Of a DNA stretch of 64,000 bases, positions 52,364-61,914 are shown piece after piece. The number at the start of each line of letters is the position of its first letter. The stretch's first letter is position 1. The translations under genes and the position numbers were made by a program. The stretch spans positions 1 through 64,000 of IMG/VR virus record IMGVR_UViG_3300045961_000282; one strand, written 5' to 3'. The notes below the pieces were generated by a model. It worked only from the letters and a program-made list of their open reading frames with translations. It had not been told where the DNA came from and searched no databases.

Positions 52364-53911
52364 CTACCCGAAGTTGATATAGCCACCTTCGTAAACAAAA
52401 GCACGATATCCATCAACGTAGTGAATAGTTAAAGTTGGCCGCAAAAGGGTATTGCACCCGATACCCCAAACCGGATTTGGGGTATCTCCATATCCCACCA
52501 TCCTCCATCCAAATGGAGTGAAGTCCTGCAGGATATTGTTTGCGTAACACCAGTCACCTCCAGACTGATGCATAGCAACAGGCCCTCTCAGGCCACCGCC
52601 AGACTGAGCCCTATTTCCCTTGTTCCACCACTGCGTGTATGGATTGCTTGGAATCCCAGTGCAATACCAACCCTCTGAGTCCGGAACATGGAAAGTGATC
52701 GAAGTGGCGAGGTCCATAGTTGCCTTGGGGATGTTGTACTCCACCCGAGCGCCTGCAGCAAACAGGTTCTCCATGAACAGAGACGTCTGTGTTTGCTCAG
52801 CGGTTCGCAACGAAACCGATTCGCTGCGACTACGATAGGAGAACGAAACCGAAATCTCCGGTGAATACACCGTATCCGCACCCGCTGATCGAACTCGGAA
52901 GCGCGCGGAAGCCCCAAACCAGCCAATCTCATAATTCCCAGCCGGAATAGCAGAGTTAATCGGAATCGGAGAACCCGACGACATGGTCGCAACGTCAACC
53001 CAGCCCTGATTCGGCAATTGGCGCTGCAGCATCAATGGACCGATGAGATGGGCATTAGCCGTGACGACTGGCGTAAACGTGATCTGCGTGAAGTAGACCT
53101 CGGCACTGGTCGTGCTGGCATCAAGGCGAAGCACCGGGACAGGCTTGGTCAGGGTCTTGGCTGACGTAGAGGCCTTGGCTCCCTCGCCCCCTTCGGAAAT
53201 CCCCGCGAGCCAGTAATAGTATGTGGTGTTCGAAGCCAACCCGGAGTCGCCGCGCGTCGTTTCTCCTGCGGGGATGGTGGCGATCTTTGTGGCATTGGCA
53301 ACGTCCCATGAAGTGCCGCGATACAGCGAGTAGCCGTGGGTCGCGGTGGACTGGGCGTCCCACGACAGCGCGACGCTGGTCTCGCTCGGCACCGCCCTGA
53401 ATCCGGCTGGGGCACCGGGCGGGCGCTCCGTCCATGGCCACACCGTCTCTGTTCCTGTGGTGAAATGCATCACTACCTCAGAAACCGACAAAGTTCGATA
53501 CGTAGGCACCTGAATGCCGTTGAGCCAATACCGCAGTCCGAGGACCAGAACGTCGCAGCCCTCATCCCCGAGTTCGATGCCGCACCATTGTCCGACCGCA
53601 GTGAACTCATGAGCGATGGTCTGATATCCATCCGTCCACGGTCCCGACGACGTGTATGCGTGCGAAATTCTGGCCCTGCCCGCCAGCACGCGAACATCGG
53701 CCTCCATGCGAACTACGTCACCGGAGACGTACCACGGGTTGGTGGCGACCAGCCCCACGCCTCCGGGCGGCGACATCAGGCGCAGGCCATGGTTCGTCCG
53801 TGACACATGCACCTTCTGGTAACCAAGCCCGAAGTTGTCTTTCCACTCGGTCGGCGTGTTCAGTGGGTCGGGAGTGCAATACAGCGCATCACCATCGGCG
53901 AGAAGAGGCAT
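52364..53911 (-). CDS. virion adhesin with fibronectin type III domain
   Basis: MPLL start; PGAP.GF..V.LSW..YSLYR..L.SNTTY.Y FN3 pattern; AT-richer C-terminus. Confidence 0.75.
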   Translation of the reverse strand: MPLLADGDALYCTPDPLNTPTEWKDNFGLGYQKVHVSRTNHGLRLMSPPGGVGLVATNPWYVSGDVVRMEADVRVLAGRARISHAYTSSGPWTDGYQTIAHEFTAVGQWCGIELGDEGCDVLVLGLRYWLNGIQVPTYRTLSVSEVVMHFTTGTETVWPWTERPPGAPAGFRAVPSETSVALSWDAQSTATHGYSLYRGTSWDVANATKIATIPAGETTRGDSGLASNTTYYYWLAGISEGGEGAKASTSAKTLTKPVPVLRLDASTTSAEVYFTQITFTPVVTANAHLIGPLMLQRQLPNQGWVDVATMSSGSPIPINSAIPAGNYEIGWFGASARFRVRSAGADTVYSPEISVSFSYRSRSESVSLRTAEQTQTSLFMENLFAAGARVEYNIPKATMDLATSITFHVPDSEGWYCTGIPSNPYTQWWNKGNRAQSGGGLRGPVAMHQSGGDWCYANNILQDFTPFGWRMVGYGDTPNPVWGIGCNTLLRPTLTIHYVDGYRAFVYEGGYINFG

Positions 53912-53915
53912 TTGA

Positions 53916-55439
53916 TCATCCCGTCAGCACATAGAGGACGCCAGCAGCCTTAGTTGGCAAAGCGTTGTACTGCTCTCGCGTACCGAACCACATGCGGTTG
54001 TCCACATAGGCTTTTGTCGCCGCTCCCAACGGCTTCTCGGGATCTCCCGAAAGCGTGAGCGGGCCAATCATCGTGTCGCCCTTGCGCTGGACCGTCGACT
54101 TCTCGCCGTTGGCCAGCAGTTCGAAGCCTTCTGGGCCACGGTAGAACATGTCAACCACATCGATGGCTGACTGCTCAACGGAGAAATCCTTGAAGTCAAT
54201 CGTGAAGATACGGTCGCTCGAAAGAGTCGGTAGTCCCGGATTGCTCATAGCCCCCCATGCACCGACTGAAACAGAAATCGAGATAGATGGGTTGTCTTTT
54301 ACGACAGCCATGACATCAAAAGATAGACTCGTCGCAAGTTTCGGGCCAATCTCCGTAAACTTCCCGGAATAGACTGCACTCAAAATTCGACTTGCGGAAG
54401 TATAGGCATGCTTCTCAGTCCACCCATCACCGATAGGACCGTCCGGAGGGAGCAATGGATCGGATACAGCCAGACCTGCACCAAAAGTTACGTAAACGGT
54501 CACACTCATCGGTTGATCGATCATTGCCGCCGGAACGCTATCGAACAATCGATCGATGTTCAGTTCAATGCGACCCCGAAGACGAACCTCGGAGTTATAG
54601 GTAACTTCCGTCAATGGAATATTGAGAGCGCCAATCGATGTACCGAACTGCCATCCAGAAGGGGTGGCTCCAGCAGAGAACATCGTCTCGATGCGCCCTA
54701 GGTCACCGGGGATCGAACCGCTTTCAGGCTGCGTGAGGACTCCAGCAGGAGTGGCGAGGGCTACGGTTGTGCCGGTGGTGTAGTTCACCGGAGCCGACAA
54801 TTGCCGCGCGGAGACAGTGCGCTCGTTGACCCACAACTTGGCGGTTTCCATGGGCTCGCCGATGGAAACCTCTGGAGGAGTCGCAGAGTCGTCTACGTAA
54901 CCCTTCGTCGCCACGTGGTGAGATTCGGTTGGACTCGGCACCGACAGTGGCCCGATCATCGTGTCGCCAGTCACGTTGATGTAGCGCGCATCTGCTTCAT
55001 CCCACGACGAACCCTCGCCGCCCCCGGCGATGCCGCCCGTGTCGTCGTCGAGGTCAACCCAGATCTCGATGTCCGGCTCCTCAACGGGAGGCTCCTCGTG
55101 GATCCAGACCTCCTTGGCCCCACCACCCCCCGTGCCAGCCTCCGGCTCGGCGTTGGGGTCGATCCAGATCTCGACCTCGGGGTCGACGGGCTCTACGCCG
55201 ATCCAGACCTCATCGACCTCCATCGGCGGGTTGACCCACGCCGCGTCATGGTCGGAGTCGCTGGCCTTGATGAGCATCTGCCCCTCGGTGCCCCCCGCGG
55301 GCACCCCGGGGCCAGCGGGGCCCTGTGCACCGGGTTCGCCGGGCGCGCCGGGCTCGCCCTGCGGACCTGCCGGACCACGTGCGCCCACGATCGGCACGTA
55401 TTGCTGGGATACTTCGTCCCAGACCTTGAGAACGCCCAT
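53916..55439 (-). CDS. fibre protein (tag, collagen, W-D linkers, QY-LY C-terminal motif)
   Basis: MGVLKVWD; GXY; EVWI..IWID x2; GTREQYNAL..K..VLYV. Confidence 0.8.
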   Translation of the reverse strand: MGVLKVWDEVSQQYVPIVGARGPAGPQGEPGAPGEPGAQGPAGPGVPAGGTEGQMLIKASDSDHDAAWVNPPMEVDEVWIGVEPVDPEVEIWIDPNAEPEAGTGGGGAKEVWIHEEPPVEEPDIEIWVDLDDDTGGIAGGGEGSSWDEADARYINVTGDTMIGPLSVPSPTESHHVATKGYVDDSATPPEVSIGEPMETAKLWVNERTVSARQLSAPVNYTTGTTVALATPAGVLTQPESGSIPGDLGRIETMFSAGATPSGWQFGTSIGALNIPLTEVTYNSEVRLRGRIELNIDRLFDSVPAAMIDQPMSVTVYVTFGAGLAVSDPLLPPDGPIGDGWTEKHAYTSASRILSAVYSGKFTEIGPKLATSLSFDVMAVVKDNPSISISVSVGAWGAMSNPGLPTLSSDRIFTIDFKDFSVEQSAIDVVDMFYRGPEGFELLANGEKSTVQRKGDTMIGPLTLSGDPEKPLGAATKAYVDNRMWFGTREQYNALPTKAAGVLYVLTG

Positions 55440-55532
55440 CAGCCCTCCTGCGAACCGCTCACGTCAGGGTCACGGTATTAGACCAGCGCTTCCGAGAGGA
55501 GAAGATTCCGCACTCTCGTCGGCCCGTTGCCG

Positions 55533-55799
55533 TCAGGGGTTGTTGCGCAGGTGCTGAACCGCAGCGAGGATCATCTCGTCGGTGATCACCGCGGGATCCT
55601 CGCCGGGCTTCTCATTGCCCGCCGCGAGCGCCGAGTCCCACGCCGCGCCCCAGCCGGGCTGCGAGGCCCACCGGAAGGCGTTGGTCGACGTCCAGATCTC
55701 CGGGTTCGGGTCACCCTCGGTCGCAGCGCACGCGGTCACCCGGTACCGCATCATGGTGTCCACCGAGATCTTCGCGATGGACAGGTACGAGTCAGCCAT
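55533..55799 (-). CDS. small fibre-associated protein
   Basis: SY.SIA..RV.ACAA.E..P..W..ITD..IL.AVQ. Confidence 0.7.
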   Translation of the reverse strand: MADSYLSIAKISVDTMMRYRVTACAATEGDPNPEIWTSTNAFRWASQPGWGAAWDSALAAGNEKPGEDPAVITDEMILAAVQHLRNNP

Positions 55800-55801
55800 T
55801 A

Positions 55802-56767
55802 CTACCTCCACGGGATGATGACGAGTGAGTAGCCATCAATCCACGCATCCCTCGTGGATTGGGCCCACAGGGCGAAGGCCCCTTGCCTGAAAAGTACGGC
55901 CATGCTGACGCCATAGGTATCGCCGCCGACCGCCGTGGCCATGACGTTTGCCCACTGCCAGCCATACGGCAGAGCGCTATCGGCAACCGTGTTCCGCTGC
56001 CCCGCGTAGATGCGCTGCCGGTGTGCAACAGTGACCCCGTAGACCAGAGGAACGGTTGCATTGGGACCCGCCGGTCCCTGAGCGCCCTGCGGTCCCTGAT
56101 CACCCCTCACTCCCTTGTCGCCCTGCGGGCCGGGAGACCCTGCAGCGGGCACGAAGTCCTGATACGAAACACCCGACAGGCCCGCGGTGAGGAAGGGCAC
56201 TGAGTCCCCGACGGCGGGACGCACGCGGGCCGAGCCCACCGACAGGGCCCAGTTGTAGGTCGAGAAGACCAGCGTGGCATCTCCGGGATGCTGGACTGGC
56301 TGCGCCTGATCCCACGGCGTGTAGAGGCCACCGTCGTGCTGATGTCCCAGAACCACGTTGTAGGGCTCATCGGCATGCTGAACAACTCCGATGGCCACGG
56401 ACTTCTCTGCGTTCGCCTTCGCCGCATAGCCGATCGCGACCGAGTCGTCGCGCATGTCTGGCCATTGCTCAACACGGTTGCCGAAGGTGGCGTCGATATA
56501 GGCGCCGCCCTGACCGATCAGGGTGCCGCGGCTGCGCGTATCGACCTTGAGGTAGTCGGTGATCGAAGCGCCAGTTCCATCTGCAGAGACGTGCACCTCG
56601 GCGCTGCGGTGATCTGAGTTGATCCCCTCAGTGATGGGCTCCTCGGAGCGGATCGCGAACTGCAGTTTGGAGCCCTGATTCTCAACGGTGAATGGCGGGA
56701 TGTTTGGGTCCTCAGAATCAAAAGTGATTCCGTCTTCTACCGCTTCCAAATCATGCAGATGCTTCAT
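55802..56767 (-). CDS. fibre protein with YadA-like head motifs and short collagen
   Basis: SVAIG x2; GXY. Confidence 0.75.
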   Translation of the reverse strand: MKHLHDLEAVEDGITFDSEDPNIPPFTVENQGSKLQFAIRSEEPITEGINSDHRSAEVHVSADGTGASITDYLKVDTRSRGTLIGQGGAYIDATFGNRVEQWPDMRDDSVAIGYAAKANAEKSVAIGVVQHADEPYNVVLGHQHDGGLYTPWDQAQPVQHPGDATLVFSTYNWALSVGSARVRPAVGDSVPFLTAGLSGVSYQDFVPAAGSPGPQGDKGVRGDQGPQGAQGPAGPNATVPLVYGVTVAHRQRIYAGQRNTVADSALPYGWQWANVMATAVGGDTYGVSMAVLFRQGAFALWAQSTRDAWIDGYSLVIIPWR

Positions 56768-57735
56768 AGCCAGATCACCACATAGAAGAGTCGAAAGTAT
56801 TCTCCGTAAGGACCATAGTTATGCACCTGCACCTGCAGGTCGATCCCGCTGGTGATGGCAAAAACCGCAAGACAGTTTCTGTCCACTTCGATTGGCATCG
56901 CCGAAGCGTACAAAAGATTCGCCCCATAGCCAGATGCATTTGGAATATTGATGGTGAGATACTCGTTTGACTTCACATAGAAGTTGTCGGTGCCGTTGAT
57001 TCCCGACGGGGCGACCATTCTGGCGCGGATGTTTCCGTAGTGACTGACTCCCGCAGTTCCTTGCGGGCCCTGCGGGCCCCTGTCGCCCGTGGGCCCCTTG
57101 GGTCCCGTGTCGCCCTTGACGCCGACTGTGCCGGGGTATACCGGAGGAGAGAACCACCCCAGCGAGCCATCTGGCAGGGCGCCGAAGACCTGCCCGGGTG
57201 AACCATATCCAGAGTTGCCCACGCGGAACTTGTAGGCCGTGTCTGCGCGACCGAACGTGTAGTCAGTGACGTGCGGGTACCACCAGTACCCGTACTTGAC
57301 ATGAACTGCCCCGCGGTCCTCTGCTCCCGCTCCGGCCACGAATGAGGGTGACCCGGTCGCGCGCGCCCCGTAGCCGATGGCTTGGGCACGCATGGCCAGA
57401 TCTCCCGCGCTCTCATTGTTACCTTGGGGCGGGGGCGGGACCCATGAATCTGGCACGCCGACGTAGGCGTCCTTGCCGATGGCGATGGCGTGGTAGCCGC
57501 GCAACACGTGGGCGGAGGTGTCTGCTCCGTGGCCCACCACGGTCTGCACGGGTGGCAGGCCACCTCGATCGGAGCGCGAGTTGATCAACAGCGACCCACG
57601 CCCGTCCGGAACGCGCCAGTAGATCGTCGAGCGCCCATCCGTGAACTTGGAGAACACCGACGGAGTTGCCCCGGTGAGTTTCGCAGGCTCGGTGAAGGCG
57701 AACCACGCCTGCCTGATCTTGGTGGCGATCTTCAT
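56764..57735 (-). CDS. fibre protein with YadA-like motifs and collagen
   Basis: AIAIG/AQAIG; GXY. Confidence 0.75.
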   Translation of the reverse strand: MKIATKIRQAWFAFTEPAKLTGATPSVFSKFTDGRSTIYWRVPDGRGSLLINSRSDRGGLPPVQTVVGHGADTSAHVLRGYHAIAIGKDAYVGVPDSWVPPPPQGNNESAGDLAMRAQAIGYGARATGSPSFVAGAGAEDRGAVHVKYGYWWYPHVTDYTFGRADTAYKFRVGNSGYGSPGQVFGALPDGSLGWFSPPVYPGTVGVKGDTGPKGPTGDRGPQGPQGTAGVSHYGNIRARMVAPSGINGTDNFYVKSNEYLTINIPNASGYGANLLYASAMPIEVDRNCLAVFAITSGIDLQVQVHNYGPYGEYFRLFYVVIWL

Positions 57736-57736
57736 C

Positions 57737-59227
57737 TCAACCCACCGCGATCCATTGAACGGTGTAGTTGGATGCGGCGTAGGGAGAGGAGTTGTAGACC
57801 ATGATCTCCGCCCAGTTCCCCGATTTCTGCCGGATGCTCACCGGTAGCGGTGGGCCAGACTTCGGGCTCAGCGTGAGGCCCGCGATGTCCCACGGCGCTG
57901 TGATCCCGAGGTAGGCCGCCGCGCCCTTGGCGATGGAGGGGAACGTCACCTGCCCCCCCGCGATGCGCGGGTGCAGATCTGCCCCCGCGGGCCCTTGCGG
58001 GCCCTGTATCCCGACCGCCCCCTTGTCGCCCGGGGGCCCAGTCGGCCCCTTGGGTGCGATACCCGCCACGCCGATGCCGGTGCAGACGATGCTCTCCATC
58101 CGCAGGATCGGCTCGCCTGACCCCTGACAGTCGAACAGAATCTCGAACACCGCCCACAATGGCCCCAATGCGGCGGCCTCGGCAGCAAGGGGCCCCGAGG
58201 TCGCTCCGATCCCGGGGGTCGCCGTCACGGAGGCGTACACGTCGCGACTCGAACCGCCGCGGGCGTTGATGTAGTTCTGGTCGATGACCGTGGTGGCCGC
58301 CCACGTGGTTCCCTGATCGAACGACACCCGCAGCAGGACGCGCGCCCCGTTGAGCAACTGGGCGCCCGCCTTTATCTGGATCGTCATCTGGCAGGGCACG
58401 TTTGCACGCGCCAGACCGAACTTCCATGCGCGGGCGTAGTTCCCGATCGGCCGCGGCAGGGTGCCGACAAAACCGTCGCCACCTTCGGTGTTGTAGTCGA
58501 TGACGTTGCCATCCATGCCGTTGAGGCGACAGCCCGTCGGTTCCTTGTTTGTATGTGGCGCCGGAGCGCAGATGCCAGTCGGGTCAGTGGGTCGAACAGT
58601 CCACTCGGCCCAGAACCACGACCACGTTGGGGAGAACCGCCCCGGCGACTTGGGTCCTGCCCCTCGGTCGTTGAACGCCGGGTCGTAGAACGGTGTCACA
58701 CCCTTGGTGGCCATCCAGTCGCCCTGCCCACGGGTGTACTGCCCGCCGGGAAACCGCCATTCATTGACGCTGCTGGCATTGACAGCGAGCGCCTGCCCGG
58801 GCTGCGGGAGGTAGGCCTTTGTGGGCCATTTGTAGGGCTTGGTGTTGGTGCCCAGTTGCACCACGGGCCCCGTCAGCCCTGCATCGGTGGCCTGATACCC
58901 GATGGCGATGCTGTCCTCGTTGTCAGTGCGCGCCTCTGCGCCGACGGCCACGGAGTTGCGGCCCCGGGCGCGCGAACCATACCCGATCGCAACAGCGCCG
59001 GTGGTGGCCTCGGTGCCGTTGAGCAACGTCGCCCCGGCGCCCAGTTGCTCCGGGGTCTGCGTGGTCATCGCCAGCGCCCCGCCGTCATTCAGCGCGATCT
59101 TGAGTCCGCCGATGTCGGCGACCTGCGAGATGCTGTCGTCGGAAGCGGTGGCTTCAAGGGTCAGCGCAGGGCCCGGCCCCGGAGCGATCATCCGCCCGAA
59201 GTGCTCGATCCGCTGACGCCATTTCAC
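57737..59227 (-). CDS. fibre protein with YadA-like head repeats, collagen and lectin-like tip
   Basis: AVAIG/SVAVG/SIAIG at 14-aa spacing; GXY; VQWIAVG end; GTG start 59227. Confidence 0.8.
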   Translation of the reverse strand: MKWRQRIEHFGRMIAPGPGPALTLEATASDDSISQVADIGGLKIALNDGGALAMTTQTPEQLGAGATLLNGTEATTGAVAIGYGSRARGRNSVAVGAEARTDNEDSIAIGYQATDAGLTGPVVQLGTNTKPYKWPTKAYLPQPGQALAVNASSVNEWRFPGGQYTRGQGDWMATKGVTPFYDPAFNDRGAGPKSPGRFSPTWSWFWAEWTVRPTDPTGICAPAPHTNKEPTGCRLNGMDGNVIDYNTEGGDGFVGTLPRPIGNYARAWKFGLARANVPCQMTIQIKAGAQLLNGARVLLRVSFDQGTTWAATTVIDQNYINARGGSSRDVYASVTATPGIGATSGPLAAEAAALGPLWAVFEILFDCQGSGEPILRMESIVCTGIGVAGIAPKGPTGPPGDKGAVGIQGPQGPAGADLHPRIAGGQVTFPSIAKGAAAYLGITAPWDIAGLTLSPKSGPPLPVSIRQKSGNWAEIMVYNSSPYAASNYTVQWIAVG

Positions 59228-59487
59228 TTGAAGACCACCCAGTTCACACTGATGTCGCGCGTGGCCCGAAGGGTCAGGGTGTTGGCATCCTTCACAGCCA
59301 CGTCGAGCATGACCATCTCGTTGCCCTCGTAGAAGGTTGCGCTGACGCCGGTGTCGCCGAGGTTGTGGGCGACATCCAGCGGGGTGTGGGCAACCAGCGT
59401 CGCACTGCCGATGGCCTTGGACTTGCTTGACCCCTGAACTGGGATCCACTCATTGAGCGTCGGGTCGCGGTAGTACAGAACTGCCAT
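59224..59487 (-). CDS. small YRD-tag protein with HNLG beta domain
   Basis: MAVLYYRDP..EWIP; V.HNLG..D.NTLTL. Confidence 0.8.
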   Translation of the reverse strand: MAVLYYRDPTLNEWIPVQGSSKSKAIGSATLVAHTPLDVAHNLGDTGVSATFYEGNEMVMLDVAVKDANTLTLRATRDISVNWVVFK

Positions 59488-59578
59488 CAGTTGCTCCTCG
59501 GTTCAGCGACGACGGACGCCCCTTCGGTCTGTTCGCATGGTACGGACCAACGCGCGGGGGCACACCGAAATACCCTCA

Positions 59579-60424
59579 TCAGGTCCTCCGAAGGGTGTAC
59601 TCGGCGTTGATGTTCAGCCACGCAGGATTCACGGCCTTGGCGGAGACCAGTTGGATCGAATGTCCTGCCGCATCAGGTTTTGCGTCCATGCGCATGGATG
59701 CCGCCGATCCACCCGCCCACACAATTGGCGCCATGGCTTCGATCAGGATGTTGCCCACCAGTGGTCGAGGGTGTGTGAACGTCAGGACGAGATCGAACGG
59801 CGGAGCCTGCCCGAGCGCACCACCGCTGTTGGTGAGCAGTCCGCGCAACTGCCATCGGTTCAGGTCATGGCTGACACGCCACTGACCGGAGTGGTAGTTG
59901 GCATCCCCGAAAGCAGCCCATCGAGGGGCAACGGTGCATCGAACGGCGCTCCCGGGCAGATCGGTGTGTACCGGCTGCCACGCTGAGAACTCTGGGTCGG
60001 GGCCCAGTGAAACGGGCTCCGACCCCAACCAGCACCACTGGCCAACCGGAATCGTTGCAGAGTCGATGACCGCATACAGGTAGTGGTGGATCCCCTCCGT
60101 TGGGGTTGGGGAAAGGTCAATCCTGAACATGTCATTCGACTCAGTGCCAAATGCAGCGATAGAGCGCAGAATGGTCCGAGCCGTTGGCTTCTGGAATGCC
60201 AATGATTCGTCTGCGTAGCAGTACAGAATGTCTGGTCGTCCGGTTTGATTGGCCGTTACCTTGACCAAGCCTCGATACTGGACGTACCCCCGCTCTCGGT
60301 GGTACCGCCACTGGGGCTGTGCCCAACTTGGATGGTAGCGAGTGAATGCTCCTGAGAGAACGGCGTAGGGCCGGGGGCCCGAATATCCAGATTCGTGGAC
60401 GGGGAGCCACGGTGACCACGTCAT
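59579..60424 (-). CDS. fibre-associated protein, two tandem beta domains
   Basis: V.YRGL / QLRGL, RID/RMD, W..L motifs. Confidence 0.7.
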   Translation of the reverse strand: MTWSPWLPVHESGYSGPRPYAVLSGAFTRYHPSWAQPQWRYHRERGYVQYRGLVKVTANQTGRPDILYCYADESLAFQKPTARTILRSIAAFGTESNDMFRIDLSPTPTEGIHHYLYAVIDSATIPVGQWCWLGSEPVSLGPDPEFSAWQPVHTDLPGSAVRCTVAPRWAAFGDANYHSGQWRVSHDLNRWQLRGLLTNSGGALGQAPPFDLVLTFTHPRPLVGNILIEAMAPIVWAGGSAASMRMDAKPDAAGHSIQLVSAKAVNPAWLNINAEYTLRRT

Positions 60425-61413
60425 AGGTCACCGCCAATCGGAAATATGCATTCCAAGTTGAACCACATTCCGTTCGGAATTGGATGCCCGGGCTTCACGT
60501 ACAAAGACTGAACCTGATGGTGATAGGTGGCGTGCGCACCACAGTCGTAGCGCGCCGCCATTCCGGTCCAGAGCGACGTCACATTCTCTCCGACGAGGCC
60601 GAAGGACATGGATAGTGTCGTCGGCTTCGGCAACACTCCGGGGTCCATGGACGACACGATGATCACCTCGCCGTAGTCGAGGGCCTTCAATGCCTTTGCC
60701 AACCCCCGGTACTCGACGATCTTCGCCGTAGGGGAGTACCGCCACATCACGCGGTGATGGTCGCCCCCGTCGTAGTGGGTCGCGTTGCCGTTGAACCATG
60801 CTTCGGGGCCGGTCCCGCTCGGAGAGGCCTTGACCTCCATCCATGGCGACCACGTGTCGACCTGACTCGGCACAGATTCGGGCAGCCAGCGGGAGCCGTC
60901 CCAGAACCGGGCATCCTCCCACTGGGAGCCGTCCCACCCCTTGATCTCTGGCTTCCACTGGGTGCCATCCCATGCAACCGGGACCGGCGCATCCCACAGG
61001 GTCAGGTTGCGCACCCAGATCCGTTGCCCCGCTGGGGCGACGTCGTAGAGCATGTCGACCCAGAGCAGCGGATTGCGGTCATGGACCTTCGCGGCCCCCT
61101 GTGCAACCCGCCACGTCGAGTCGCCGATGAGCATTCCATATCCGCTGTAGTTGGTATGCCCACCTGCCATTCCGCCGATGTAACCGTTCACTTCCGCGCG
61201 GTACTCGCAGGTGATCCAGTAGATCTGGTGGCTGATCGGATCGATGGCCGCCGGGGCCTGAAAGAGGCTGTCCCGGTGGCTGTGGTACGTGATCTCGGTG
61301 CACCACTGGGAATCGATCTGCTTGGCCTCAAAGGTGACGGCTCCGTCGGCCGCTATGCCCGACTTCTTCCAACCCTGAGTCAGTGCATGGTTGGCTCGGG
61401 CGATCGCCCTCAC
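60421..61413 (-). CDS. fibre-associated protein with WDG repeats
   Basis: WDG.QW x3; C-terminal VEYRGL domain like 59579-60424. Confidence 0.75.
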   Translation of the reverse strand: MRAIARANHALTQGWKKSGIAADGAVTFEAKQIDSQWCTEITYHSHRDSLFQAPAAIDPISHQIYWITCEYRAEVNGYIGGMAGGHTNYSGYGMLIGDSTWRVAQGAAKVHDRNPLLWVDMLYDVAPAGQRIWVRNLTLWDAPVPVAWDGTQWKPEIKGWDGSQWEDARFWDGSRWLPESVPSQVDTWSPWMEVKASPSGTGPEAWFNGNATHYDGGDHHRVMWRYSPTAKIVEYRGLAKALKALDYGEVIIVSSMDPGVLPKPTTLSMSFGLVGENVTSLWTGMAARYDCGAHATYHHQVQSLYVKPGHPIPNGMWFNLECIFPIGGDL

Positions 61414-61820
61414 AGCGGGACCCAGATCTGCCCGACCGGCGGGTCGGCCGGGGCACTGTGGCTGACGATCACGAAGTTCTGCAACTGCGCCTTCGTTGCG
61501 TACTGCGGGTGCGGATCGGCGGCCTGCTCATGCTCGGCGATGCGCTGCTGCGCCGAGCCGCGCGGGTCGTAGAGCGAGTCGGCCTCGGCGTGGGTGAGGT
61601 ACTTCGAGGTCTCGACGCTGGCGTCGGGATCCAGCCACAGGTCCAAGCCCTCGCGCGGCGCGGGCTCGCCCTCTTGGATCAGGATCTCCTCGGGCACGAA
61701 GATGTTGCCATCCGTGCCGATGACCGCATTGTTGCCCGGGTCGATCGACGGCTCGGGCTTGGGCTGGACCAGCGGGACGAACTCGCCAGTTGCTGGGTCC
61801 TTGTACTTCAGGGTGGGCAT
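61410..61820 (-). CDS. YKD-tag adaptor protein
   Basis: MPTLKYKDP; DPHPQY; C-terminal SAP..PPVGQIWV. Confidence 0.8.
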   Translation of the reverse strand: MPTLKYKDPATGEFVPLVQPKPEPSIDPGNNAVIGTDGNIFVPEEILIQEGEPAPREGLDLWLDPDASVETSKYLTHAEADSLYDPRGSAQQRIAEHEQAADPHPQYATKAQLQNFVIVSHSAPADPPVGQIWVPL

Positions 61821-61914
61821 CGGTGGCTCCCATCGATCGTCGCGCGCGCCCGCGGCTACCTGTGCGTCAGGGTAGTGGTCGACCCTTGCTCAGCAAGGGC
61901 GATTTCGCACCCAG

